Part shown: piece after piece, positions 1-8,084 of the stretch | How the letters are laid out: the number at the start of each line of letters is the position of its first letter | Numbering within the stretch: position 1 is the stretch's first letter | From: an uncultured Candidatus Saccharibacteria bacterium | GTDB taxonomy: Bacteria; Patescibacteriota; Minisyncoccia; Phycocordibacterales; UBA6065 | Assembly: GCA_964495425.1 (NCBI GenBank) | Contig: CAZBVG010000003.1 | Span: forward strand, 518-64,517 | Direction: 5' to 3' | Length of the DNA stretch: 64,000 nucleotides | Made by a program: the position numbers and the translations under genes | The notes under the pieces: model-generated | What the model was told of the DNA's origin: nothing | Seen by the model: only the letters and a program-made list of their open reading frames with translations | Database searches by the model: none

Positions 1-2
1 TA

Positions 3-221
3 CTCCTTGAGATTATCGGAAGACCAATTTGGTGGGTCATTCTCTTTTTCTTACCATTTGTGAATGTTGTTATGGGATTTGTGCTGGCATACGAATTGGC
101 AAAAGTATTTGGAAAGGGGATCGGGTATACACTCGGCTTCATATTTCTTCCATTTATTTTCTATCCAATGCTCGCTTTTGGAGGTGCAAAATACCAAGGT
201 AATGCTTCAGCAGCAGTCTAA
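3..221 (+). CDS. small hydrophobic membrane protein, 5'-truncated at window edge (DUF5684-like core motif)
   Basis: Frame-3 ORF open from nt 3 to TAA 219-221; translation ...LPFVNVVMGFVLAYELAKVFGKGIGYTLGFIFLPFIFYPMLAFGGAKYQG, two TM segments; family recalled from motif only. Confidence 0.4.
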   Translation, partial: LLEIIGRPIWWVILFFLPFVNVVMGFVLAYELAKVFGKGIGYTLGFIFLPFIFYPMLAFGGAKYQGNASAAV

Positions 222-229
222 ATCTGTGG

Positions 230-257
230 TTGACAAACTCATCATTGTTGGTATAAT
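230..257 (+). promoter_or_regulatory. sigma70-like promoter (TTGACA-16nt-TATAAT)
   Basis: TTGACA at 230-235 and TATAAT at 252-257, read directly. Confidence 0.5.
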
Positions 258-291
258 GGTCGTAGTTTAGTTAGGTCAAAAGCCCCATCTC

Positions 292-432
292 ATGCACTCT
301 CCAGATCCCACGGAGAAACCCTCATTTGAGTCTCCAGGAGACTCAGGGTTCTTCCTCTTCATTGTCACCGTGTTTTTGGTGGCAGTGGTGGTTACATTCA
401 TCGGAATCACGAAATACGGATGGTTCCGTTGA
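292..432 (+). CDS. candidate 46-aa single-TM small protein (below ORF-track length cutoff)
   Basis: ATG 292 to TGA 430-432 downstream of the strong promoter at 230-257; peptide MHSPDPTEKPSFESPGDSGFFLFIVTVFLVAVVVTFIGITKYGWFR has one hydrophobic helix. Confidence 0.3.
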   Translation: MHSPDPTEKPSFESPGDSGFFLFIVTVFLVAVVVTFIGITKYGWFR

Positions 433-495
433 TATCTGCGACCGGCATTCTCACGAATGCCGGTTTTCCTTTATATTTCAGAATTGTACATGATA

Positions 496-523
496 TTGAC
501 AAATTTATTCAATCTGATATAAT
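496..523 (+). promoter_or_regulatory. sigma70-like promoter (TTGACA-16nt-TATAAT)
   Basis: TTGACA 496-501, TATAAT 518-523; lies inside the ORF-track ORF 420-866, so I place the true start at the ATG at 537. Confidence 0.35.
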
Positions 524-536
524 TTATATTGGACTA

Positions 537-866
537 ATGAATACAGTGAACTTACCAAATGGAATAACGGTCTATTCTCATCAGAAGAGATCGTTCACGG
601 TTAGTCCGATAACGCGGTTGTGCCTTGCAGTGGCACTCTTCGTTCTCGTTGCAGCACTGTTGGTAACCCAAGGCTTAAAAGTCTTGGATAGCTCACTCAA
701 ACAACCTGAACTTTTGTTCAGTACAAACGAGGTCGTTGTGGGGATGTATGACGTCAATGGTAAGAAACACACCCCAAAAAACGACCCACTCTTTACCCAG
801 AGAGTGAATCGGATCCTCAAGGATGGTAGGTACGACAAAACGTACGTCGGACCCGATAAAAAATAA
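537..866 (+). CDS. hypothetical membrane-anchored/secreted protein (about 109 aa)
   Basis: ORF-track ORF 420-866 trimmed to the first ATG after the internal promoter; N-terminal hydrophobic anchor RLCLAVALFVLVAALLVT. Confidence 0.4.
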   Translation: MNTVNLPNGITVYSHQKRSFTVSPITRLCLAVALFVLVAALLVTQGLKVLDSSLKQPELLFSTNEVVVGMYDVNGKKHTPKNDPLFTQRVNRILKDGRYDKTYVGPDKK

Positions 867-933
867 ATGGAACCTTAAGGCGCCCCTCGTGCAAACGATC
901 GGCGCCTTATCTGATTTTAGGGAGGTGTGTTTG

Positions 934-962
934 TTGCGAGAAAAGCCTTATTTTGCTATATT
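934..962 (+). promoter_or_regulatory. candidate promoter for tRNA-Ile/pyk (TTGCGA-17nt-TATATT)
   Basis: hexamers read at 934-939 and 957-962, about 78 nt upstream of the tRNA. Confidence 0.4.
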
Positions 963-1040
963 GCACGAGCATCAAAACATGCAGCACGTATCAGGTGACA
1001 TGGATTTTCTCCTCTCTGTTACGCGCTAAAATCGAAATAT

Positions 1041-1113
1041 GCGCGTATAGCTCAGTTGGTAGAGCACATCACTGATACTGATGGGGTCCTAGGTTCAAAT
1101 CCTAGTACGCGCA
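1041..1113 (+). tRNA. tRNA-Ile (anticodon GAT)
   Basis: GCGCGTA acceptor stem, GCTC/GAGC D-stem, anticodon loop CTGATAC giving anticodon GAT, T-arm CTAGG-TTCAAAT-CCTAG, 3' TACGCGC-A; no encoded CCA. Confidence 0.85.
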
Positions 1114-1161
1114 CAAGCGAAGTGGCCGAAAGGCTGTTTTCGTTTTAAAACTAAAAACACC

Positions 1162-2577
1162 ATGATTACCAAAAAAACCAAGATTGTTTGTACTATTGGC
1201 CCGGCTACAGAAAGCGAAGAAAAGCTTACTGCCCTTATTAAGGCGGGAATGAATGTTATGCGCCTTAACTTTTCTCACGGTGATTTCAAGGAACACCAGG
1301 GTCGCATCGATAATCTCAAGAAGGCGGTTGAGAAAACAAAGACTCCTGTGGCTGTTCTCCAGGATCTCGGTGGTCCAAAGATTCGAATTGGTATGTTCAA
1401 GACAGAATCTGTAGTGCTCAAGGAAGGTGCAAAAATTACCCTTACAACTGATAAGGTAGAAGGTGATGAGACTATTGTTTCTGTAAATTATCCTAATTTT
1501 GCAAAGGAAGTTAAGAAAGGTCATATTGTGTTTCTTCACGATGGACGAAAGAAACTTGAGGTTGTTGATGTGAAGGGAAATAATGTGGTGTGTAAGGTTT
1601 TGATTGGTGGTGAAATCAAAGGAAAGCGAGGCGTGAACCTTCCAGATTCAGACCTCTCTATTTCTTCTCTAACTGATAAAGATCGAACTGATCTTGAATT
1701 TGGTATTAAAAACAAAGTAGATTTTATTGCGCTTTCATTCGTGCGACGACCTTCAGATATTGTTGAACTTCGTACAATTCTTACTGCAAAGAAATCTAAG
1801 GCTAAGATTATTGCAAAGATTGAGACACCACAGTCACTTTCATGCATCGATCAGATTCTTGATCTTGTTGATGGTGTTATGGTTGCTCGAGGTGATCTCG
1901 CAATTGAGATTCCTGCTGAGAAGGTTCCTGCAGCTCAGAAAATGCTTATCCGAAAGTGTAATGAAAAGGGAATTCCAGTTATTACAGCTACACAGATGCT
2001 CGAGTCTATGATTAAGGCTCCAGTTCCAACACGAGCAGAGGTTTCTGATATTGCAAACGCAATTCTCGATGGTACAGACGCCGTGATGCTTTCAGAAGAG
2101 ACGACACTTGGTGATTTCCCAGTACATGCTGTAGAAGTTATGACCAAAGTTGCGGCTCAGGTTGAAGGAACACTCCAAAAGAAGCAGCTTCTTGATATAA
2201 CACCAAATACTATTTTGACGTCTCCGGAATCCGTAGCGCTTTCAGCAGTAAAGAATGCGGATCGAGTTGGTGCGAAGTATCTTGTGTCATTTACTTCAAG
2301 TGGTATGAGCTCACGACTTATTTCTCGACATAAGCCAACTCAGCCGATTGTCGTATTTACTCCACATGAAGTGACCTATCGACAGGCAGTTCTTTCTTGG
2401 GGAACATATCCTGTAATGATTGAAAAGACTGAAGACTTTAATAAGGTTACTCAGCTTGTTCGGGATTATTTCCTTAAGGCAAAACTCGCAAAGAAAGGAG
2501 ACAAGATCGTTATGGCGTCTGCTCTACCATTTGGTAAGAATACAGGCACGAATATGTTGGTTGTAGAGACTCTCTAA
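1162..2577 (+). CDS. pyk: pyruvate kinase
   Basis: 471 aa; MITKKTKIVCTIGPA...MNVMRLNFSHG...GGPKIRIG and the MVARGDLAIEIP motif. Confidence 0.92.
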   Translation: MITKKTKIVCTIGPATESEEKLTALIKAGMNVMRLNFSHGDFKEHQGRIDNLKKAVEKTKTPVAVLQDLGGPKIRIGMFKTESVVLKEGAKITLTTDKVEGDETIVSVNYPNFAKEVKKGHIVFLHDGRKKLEVVDVKGNNVVCKVLIGGEIKGKRGVNLPDSDLSISSLTDKDRTDLEFGIKNKVDFIALSFVRRPSDIVELRTILTAKKSKAKIIAKIETPQSLSCIDQILDLVDGVMVARGDLAIEIPAEKVPAAQKMLIRKCNEKGIPVITATQMLESMIKAPVPTRAEVSDIANAILDGTDAVMLSEETTLGDFPVHAVEVMTKVAAQVEGTLQKKQLLDITPNTILTSPESVALSAVKNADRVGAKYLVSFTSSGMSSRLISRHKPTQPIVVFTPHEVTYRQAVLSWGTYPVMIEKTEDFNKVTQLVRDYFLKAKLAKKGDKIVMASALPFGKNTGTNMLVVETL

Positions 2578-2610
2578 AAACACGGTCTTTAACAAGACTT
2601 AAAGACAAAA

Positions 2611-2637
2611 CCACCGCTCAACAGGGCGGTGGTTTTG
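2611..2637 (+). terminator. Rho-independent terminator after pyk
   Basis: ACCACCGC-loop-GCGGTGG followed by TTTTG. Confidence 0.7.
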
Positions 2638-2640
2638 TAT

Positions 2641-2669
2641 TGACTTATATGCATATTTATGATACAATT
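2641..2669 (+). promoter_or_regulatory. sigma70-like promoter (TTGACT-17nt-TACAAT) for gene at 2754
   Basis: hexamers at 2641-2646 and 2664-2669. Confidence 0.5.
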
Positions 2670-2753
2670 AAACTTGGAAACTTATATTCTCGCTCTTTTC
2701 ATAAAGCCATTACTGGCTTTGCAGTTTCCAGCAAAAAGAAAGGACAGTAGGTT

Positions 2754-3932
2754 ATGAACCTTGGTACTCACAAAGGCCCTCACGGTGATGAATTCTGCGC
2801 GTTTGCATTGCTTATGCGCTACAATCCGAATTATCGGAGTGCGAAAATCTTCACCTACGGTTCGAAGGAAGAAGCGTTGGCTTCAGCGAAACGTGACAAG
2901 GTCACGCTCATCGGAATCGGCGAAGGCGCACTCGATGAACACGGTAAGGAAGGACAGGAGTGCGCGGCATCACTGGCCGCACGTCAGCTTCGTTTGGAGG
3001 ATGATCTCAAGTTTTTCCGGCTGCTCGAGGAAGTTCGGTCGTGTGATCTGGCAGCGAAAGCTCGTCGGACGCACATCCCGGAACTTCTGAAAATCCTTTA
3101 CGAACACCATCCGGAAGCGGATGTGATCGCGTGGGGTTTGCGCGCTTATTCAACACTGGTTGAGGCGTGCGAAACGGGAAATCTGAACCCTCAGGTGACC
3201 GACGTGCTCGAAGAAATCTCGGTTGAACTCGCCGGCAAGTATGCTGGCACCAATCAGAGTGAGTCGATGCGCCGGTCCTGGATGGATTGTCAGGCGGCTG
3301 TAAGCAACAGCCGGGGATCACTCACTGAACTTCGCACTGTCGCCGATCTCATTTCACTTACGTCGCGAGACGAAGCTGTGAAATGGGCACGGATGGGCAT
3401 CGAAGCCTTGTTTCATCGCCAGCTCGATTTCGAGCGTGCGGTGGAAGAGGTCAAGAAAGGTTATCGGTTCGTTGTTCCGTGGTCTCAGATGGAACGTGGT
3501 ATGGTCATTCGGGGTCAGTATCACGGCGTCGCAATTTACAGCGACAATTCTCAATCGATCCGAGCTTTCCGTTCGAACCGCGTCGGGAATTTCGATCTGC
3601 TCATCGTGAGGAATAAGGACGGTCACGTCCAAGTCTTCTCGAATGCAAAGTCGAGGATTCCGATGGTCTCTTGCGTGAAGGCGCTTCGGCATGCTGAAGC
3701 ACTTAAGCGCGGGATACGCTTGAACATCAATGAGCTCGGGCAAGAAGGTGATTGCCCAGCGGTTCCCCAATGGTTTTACTTCGCCAAAGGGGGCATGGTC
3801 ATGAACGGCTCAAAAAGCCATCCGGGCATCGAGATCACCAAGCTCAGTGATCGCGAACTGGTCAAGGTAGTGCAAGATGCGTTTCAGCAGGTACAATCGA
3901 ATTCTTCGTTTCGAAACCCAGTGCTGAAATAA
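2754..3932 (+). CDS. GC-rich gene; MYG1/UPF0160-like metal-dependent hydrolase (tentative)
   Basis: 392 aa; N-terminal GTHKGPHGDEFCAFALL...YRSAKI resembles the MYG1 motif GTHNGTFHCDEALACALL...YRDAEI; AAGGA Shine-Dalgarno 9 nt upstream; visibly higher GC than flanks. Confidence 0.4.
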   Translation: MNLGTHKGPHGDEFCAFALLMRYNPNYRSAKIFTYGSKEEALASAKRDKVTLIGIGEGALDEHGKEGQECAASLAARQLRLEDDLKFFRLLEEVRSCDLAAKARRTHIPELLKILYEHHPEADVIAWGLRAYSTLVEACETGNLNPQVTDVLEEISVELAGKYAGTNQSESMRRSWMDCQAAVSNSRGSLTELRTVADLISLTSRDEAVKWARMGIEALFHRQLDFERAVEEVKKGYRFVVPWSQMERGMVIRGQYHGVAIYSDNSQSIRAFRSNRVGNFDLLIVRNKDGHVQVFSNAKSRIPMVSCVKALRHAEALKRGIRLNINELGQEGDCPAVPQWFYFAKGGMVMNGSKSHPGIEITKLSDRELVKVVQDAFQQVQSNSSFRNPVLK

Positions 3933-3957
3933 CAGGTAAAGCTATAGCTTTATCACA

Positions 3958-3990
3958 AAGAGGGTTGCAGAAATGCACCCTCTTTTTTAT
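3958..3990. terminator. bidirectional intrinsic terminator between convergent genes
   Basis: AAGAGGGT-loop-ACCCTCTT then TTTTTTATTTT; its T-run overlaps the stop of the minus-strand gene ending at 3987. Confidence 0.65.
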
Positions 3991-4862
3991 TTTCCAGTAA
4001 TAATACACACCACAGCCCCATCAATTTTCACTCCCTTTTTAAGGGCTTTGATCAGACCTGCTAACCCAAGTACACCGTTTGCTGATGCATCAATGTGTGC
4101 TTTTTCCTTAAGTAGGGTAATAGCTTCTTTAATTTCTGCATTCGAGACAATCCAGCCGGCACCTCCGATTTTTTCCAGTGCCACTTTGAGATGATCGCTG
4201 CGGTACCCAATTTTATCGACGATAGCATCAGCCAAAGATTTTTCTTTCAGAACTTCTCCTTCACCATATCCTTTAACTAGGGTTGCGTTTTCTGTTGTCT
4301 GTACAATATGCACGCTTGTTTTTTTGTTTTTAGTGACAAAATACTCCGCGATCGCTTGCGCAGCGGTTCCGGTTGATGCTCCAATAAACACCGCTGAAAG
4401 ATCAGGTGTCTCACTGATTTCTTCAGCGAGAGCTTCGTATCCCAAGAGAGCATCTGGGTCGTTTGACTGACGCAAGCTCACAGCCTGTTCTTTTTTGATG
4501 AGTTCAAAGAGTGCCTGAAGAGGGCGTTTTGATTCCTGGAGTGTTATTTTTTCATCACTGATTTCTTTCTCAAGAATCTGCTTTTTTTCGGGATTGATAT
4601 GTTCGCCGGTAAAAACGGTAAGATAAAAATTACCACCGTTTGTATTGAGTTTTTGTATGTGTCGAATCGCCGCAAGAGCCGCGTTGCCCGAAGATGAGAT
4701 GGCGAAACGTGTTGCGCCTTCACGAATATTCATATCGATCATAACAGGAATCGACCGGCCTTTATGTGAACCGTATGGATGGAGATCCTCACGCTTAAAA
4801 TAAAGCTTTGGGATGTTTAAAGCTTTGGCGAGTTCCGGTGCCTCTATCTGAGGTGTAATCAT
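3987..4862 (-). CDS. PLP-dependent enzyme, fold-type II (TrpB/threonine-synthase-like)
   Basis: 291 aa; KREDLHPYGSHKGRS (PLP-lysine motif like KREDLNHTGAHK of TrpB) and glycine-rich IGASTGTAAQA loop. Confidence 0.55.
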   Translation of the reverse strand: MITPQIEAPELAKALNIPKLYFKREDLHPYGSHKGRSIPVMIDMNIREGATRFAISSSGNAALAAIRHIQKLNTNGGNFYLTVFTGEHINPEKKQILEKEISDEKITLQESKRPLQALFELIKKEQAVSLRQSNDPDALLGYEALAEEISETPDLSAVFIGASTGTAAQAIAEYFVTKNKKTSVHIVQTTENATLVKGYGEGEVLKEKSLADAIVDKIGYRSDHLKVALEKIGGAGWIVSNAEIKEAITLLKEKAHIDASANGVLGLAGLIKALKKGVKIDGAVVCIITGK

Positions 4863-4953
4863 GGATCCAGTATGTCCAAAGCAAACATTTTAGGCAAGTT
4901 TGTAGCCGTATTGCTTGATACTTCGTGCCCGTTGGACTATACTTATTTCCACT

Positions 4954-5118
4954 ATGAAATGCGTTTGCCCAGAATGTAAAAACACTATAGACGTCTCAAA
5001 ACATCCAAAGATCACCGTGGGTTATGTCATTGAATGTGAGACTTGCGGCATTATGCTTGAGGTGAGAAAGATTGAGAATAACGTTGTGGAAACTGAGATA
5101 GTGGATGAAGGAAAATAA
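4954..5118 (+). CDS. LysW-like zinc-ribbon small protein (amino-group-carrier-protein-like fold)
   Basis: 54 aa MKCVCPECKNTIDVSKHPKITVGYVIECETCGIMLEVRKIENNVVETEIVDEGK; the CPEC-x17-CxxCG-x-LEV layout matches T. thermophilus LysW (same length) but the C-terminus is DEGK, not EDWGE; ORF-track ORF 4915-5118 trimmed to the ATG at 4954. Confidence 0.5.
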   Translation: MKCVCPECKNTIDVSKHPKITVGYVIECETCGIMLEVRKIENNVVETEIVDEGK

Positions 5119-5119
5119 A

Positions 5120-5145
5120 AAACGGGCACGGCCCGTTTTTTATTT
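5120..5145. terminator. bidirectional intrinsic terminator
   Basis: AACGGGC-ACG-GCCCGTT then TTTTTATTT, overlapping the stop of mpl on the minus strand. Confidence 0.65.
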
Positions 5146-6549
5146 CATTGCTAACTTTTTGACTGTTTCTTCAATCATCCCTCTGAAACCATGTGATCCA
5201 AGAAAGGCAATGACGTCACCTTCACTTCGTGCTTGAGTCAAGAATTCAATAACCTCTTCATCATTATCGAGATAGTGAACTTCTTTATGACTTTCTTCGA
5301 TTATTTCTGCGAGCTCATCACCATCAAATGTTTTCTCGGGGTTGGATGCATCGACTTTAAGTTTTGAGAGGCGGGGAATGACCACGGTATCCGCATCTTT
5401 AAAGGCGTTTTTATACTCTGGTTTTGACTGAGGAGTACGATTACCAATATTTGGTTCATACACAGCAATTATCATTCCTGAATAAATTGATCGAAGAGTA
5501 GCAAGAACAGATTTGGCCTTTTCAGGAGAGTGGGCGATATCATCAATAACCGTTACTTTATTTTCATATCGTTTTTCAAGGCGTCGTTTCATGCCGTGGA
5601 ATGTTTTAATGGCATCGGTTATATCGCCTGGAGCGATGCCGCATTCTTTTGCCATAGCAAAACAGCCGGTAATATTTTCTGCATTGTAGCCACCGAGAAG
5701 AGGGCTTTCAATATGGTAGGTCTTGCCGTGGTATGAGATTTCAAATTCAATGCCTTCTGTTGAAGATTTCAGATTTTCATATTTATACTCAGCATCTTCA
5801 GATTTTCCATAGCTCACAAATTCCTTTTTTGATGCAGCAAGGAGTGACGGAAGTGTCTCTGTATCTATACATGCAACAATTTTTCCATCACGAGGAATCA
5901 TGCTGATGAGTTCCTTGAATGCTTCAAAATAGGATTTTTCCGTTGGATATAAATCCGCGTGATCCCATTTTATTGCCGTAAGCATAAGATTGGTCGGTTT
6001 GTAGTGGAAGAATTTTGCGCGTTTATCCCATTTTGCTGTTGAGTACTCATCACCCTCAATAATTGACCACTCGCCGGAATCAACTGCGGCTGAAGGTGCG
6101 CCATCTTGGGTAAGGCCTCCAATCATATAAGAAGGTTTGAGGTGTGCGTGTTTGAATATGTGAGTAAGTAGTGCGGACGATGTTGTTTTGCCATATGTTC
6201 CGGATACAACCACAGAATGAGGTTTGATAAGGTAAAGACCCGCCGCTTCAGGGTACGACATAAATCTTATGTTGTGCTCTTGAACATACAAAAATTCCGG
6301 ATTTGTTGAGCCAACCGCATTTCCCACAACGACAAAATCAGGCGCACCACCTTCAATCATTTTTTCTGGATGCCAGCCAGAGTAATAGGGGATGCCGAGG
6401 TTTGTGAGATGCGTGGAAACAGGAGGGAAGAAGCCAGCGTCTGATCCGGATACCTTAAAACCCTTTTGCCAAAGAGCGGTTGCTACGGCAGACATAGCAA
6501 CACCGCAGATACCGATAAAATGGACTTTCTGGAGCTTCGTTTTTGGCAT
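5140..6549 (-). CDS. mpl: UDP-N-acetylmuramate:L-alanyl-gamma-D-glutamyl-meso-DAP ligase (murein peptide ligase)
   Basis: 469 aa; VHFIGICGVAMSAVA...GSDAGFFPPVST...VVGNAVGSTNPE...SYPE and GTYGKTT P-loop match Mpl more closely than MurC. Confidence 0.8.
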   Translation of the reverse strand: MPKTKLQKVHFIGICGVAMSAVATALWQKGFKVSGSDAGFFPPVSTHLTNLGIPYYSGWHPEKMIEGGAPDFVVVGNAVGSTNPEFLYVQEHNIRFMSYPEAAGLYLIKPHSVVVSGTYGKTTSSALLTHIFKHAHLKPSYMIGGLTQDGAPSAAVDSGEWSIIEGDEYSTAKWDKRAKFFHYKPTNLMLTAIKWDHADLYPTEKSYFEAFKELISMIPRDGKIVACIDTETLPSLLAASKKEFVSYGKSEDAEYKYENLKSSTEGIEFEISYHGKTYHIESPLLGGYNAENITGCFAMAKECGIAPGDITDAIKTFHGMKRRLEKRYENKVTVIDDIAHSPEKAKSVLATLRSIYSGMIIAVYEPNIGNRTPQSKPEYKNAFKDADTVVIPRLSKLKVDASNPEKTFDGDELAEIIEESHKEVHYLDNDEEVIEFLTQARSEGDVIAFLGSHGFRGMIEETVKKLAMK

Positions 6550-6588
6550 ATAGGCTTCTAGAATACCAATAAAGGCCTTATTTGGCCA

Positions 6589-7023
6589 TTATTCGTGATG
6601 ATATTTCTCGTTTTTAAGGATGGTGAATGCTCGATAGAGTTGCTCGAGGAAAATGACACGGACGAGATCGTGGGGAAATGTCATTTTTGAAAGTGCGATT
6701 GATGCGCCCGAGCGGCTCTGCGCGAGGGCGCGGACATCCTCGCTAAAACCAAACGGACCTCCAACAACGAATGCGATGTTTTTTACTCCCGCATTCATTT
6801 GTTTTTCTATCAATCCAGAAAATTCCACGGAGTTGTATTCCTTACCTTTCTCATCAAGGAGAAATATTCGGTCTTGTTTTTCTAAGGTTTTACTAAGTTT
6901 CTCGTCACTTGTATCAACAATTTCAAAGTGCGTGTAACGTGAAATACGTTTTGCATACTCTTGCACAGAATCCTGAAGTTCTCTGGTCTGTGTTTTGCCG
7001 ACGGTTACGAGTGATATCTTCAT
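6589..7023 (-). CDS. rlmH: 23S rRNA (pseudouridine1915-N3)-methyltransferase RlmH (SPOUT)
   Basis: 144 aa; MKISLVTVGK...LDEKGKEYNSVEFS...VVGGPFGFS pattern. Confidence 0.85.
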   Translation of the reverse strand: MKISLVTVGKTQTRELQDSVQEYAKRISRYTHFEIVDTSDEKLSKTLEKQDRIFLLDEKGKEYNSVEFSGLIEKQMNAGVKNIAFVVGGPFGFSEDVRALAQSRSGASIALSKMTFPHDLVRVIFLEQLYRAFTILKNEKYHHE

Positions 7024-7114
7024 AGAATCAATCTAAGCTAATACGAGGATAATGCAAGTTGTGCACTTTACATGAGTTGAACTGGGTGTATTCTCATGAA
7101 AGGACCCTGTATAC

Positions 7115-7396
7115 ATGAATTCTCATATACTCCATGACAGCGCTCGTCTCAAAGAAGTACTTTTTTGGGCCGTATCGATTGTGATTGAACTTTTATGCAT
7201 TTGGGGGATCGTTTATTCAGGCAGTATTGCAACAGTGCTCATGCTCATAACTGTTGCCGGTCTCTCGGTGGGCGATACCGAAGTTTTTGCCCTTTTTCCT
7301 ATCGAGCACCTTCTGGTGATGCTCGGTTGTCTCTGGGTGTTGTTTATAGTTTTTGAGCACCAGTTGAGCCATTATAAAAAGTGGCGCAATCACTAA
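7115..7396 (+). CDS. hypothetical small membrane protein
   Basis: 93 aa, 2-3 TM helices; followed by a terminator. Confidence 0.4.
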   Translation: MNSHILHDSARLKEVLFWAVSIVIELLCIWGIVYSGSIATVLMLITVAGLSVGDTEVFALFPIEHLLVMLGCLWVLFIVFEHQLSHYKKWRNH

Positions 7397-7419
7397 ACCC
7401 CGTTGGGGTTTTTTATTTG
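7395..7419. terminator. bidirectional intrinsic terminator
   Basis: AAACCCC-GTT-GGGGTTT then TTTTATTT. Confidence 0.6.
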
Positions 7420-8084
7420 AGAATATCTTTAAGTGGCGCGGTATCAAATTGCCACGCGGTACCGTCGAACCATTCACCTCCAAGAAATTGTAGTTTGTAT
7501 GTATCGGTTGGTCGTTGTAGTGAGCCGAGGTACATATATTCCTTGCCTGAAGCTTTCGCCCATTCGATCGCCATAGTCATCATGCCTAATCCTCGTGACG
7601 CCTCTTCAATATAAAAAGGATAGCTATAGTGAAAGATGTTTCGTGACTCGTACGAGATTACATATCCAACTGGTTTGTTTGTCTTCGTATCGGTAAAGAC
7701 CAGGATTTTATTAAAATTGCTTTTCTTTTCTTCCGTAAGAATTTCTTTAATTTTATTTGCCGTGAAAACATTGTCTCCAAACTTCTCGTAGAAATCTTTG
7801 GCGAGTTTACCAATCTCCCATGAATACTGTGCATAAGGGATTGATTCTATCGACATTGTGAGGTTTTCGATTTTGCGTAGGATACGTCTATTTTCGCTAG
7901 AGGGAGTGTATGCTTTGAGATTAATGCGAAAAGATCGTGTCTTATTCATCACACCTTTGTCCACACGGGTAAAGACGTATCCTTTGTTGTAGAGATCTTC
8001 GACAGTGTCTTGCGAGAAATCCGCTATTACTTTTGTGTCCCAATTAAGATATGTCATACGATTAGTGAAGTCCGATCCAGACAC
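7413..8084 (-). CDS. ATE_C-domain protein (arginyl-tRNA-protein transferase / Bpt leucyltransferase-like aminoacyl-tRNA-dependent transferase)
   Basis: 223 aa; C-terminal EYMYLGSLQRPTDTYKLQFLGGEWFDGTAW matches the WLYLGY..M.YK..F.......W signature of bacterial Bpt/ATE_C; overlaps mraY stop by 23 nt. Confidence 0.5.
   Translation of the reverse strand: MSGSDFTNRMTYLNWDTKVIADFSQDTVEDLYNKGYVFTRVDKGVMNKTRSFRINLKAYTPSSENRRILRKIENLTMSIESIPYAQYSWEIGKLAKDFYEKFGDNVFTANKIKEILTEEKKSNFNKILVFTDTKTNKPVGYVISYESRNIFHYSYPFYIEEASRGLGMMTMAIEWAKASGKEYMYLGSLQRPTDTYKLQFLGGEWFDGTAWQFDTAPLKDILK

Noticed and set aside
823-1029. 68-aa plus-strand ORF upstream of tRNA-Ile
   Set aside because: It contains the candidate tRNA promoter and has no RBS. 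Likely non-coding leader.
3007-3770. Minus-strand ORFs (104 and 138 aa) inside the MYG1-like gene
   Set aside because: They are antisense ORFs in GC-rich coding DNA. The plus-strand gene has a promoter, SD and recognisable motif.
1041-3932. tRNA-Ile as integration site for the GC-rich island at 2754
   Set aside because: Native pyk lies between the tRNA and the island. No integrase and no direct repeat of the tRNA 3' end were seen.
4954-5118. Assigning the zinc-ribbon protein as bona fide lysine-biosynthesis LysW
   Set aside because: The C-terminal EDWGE acceptor tail is absent (ends DEGK) and no LysX/Y/Z/J/K genes are nearby. Kept only as LysW-like fold.
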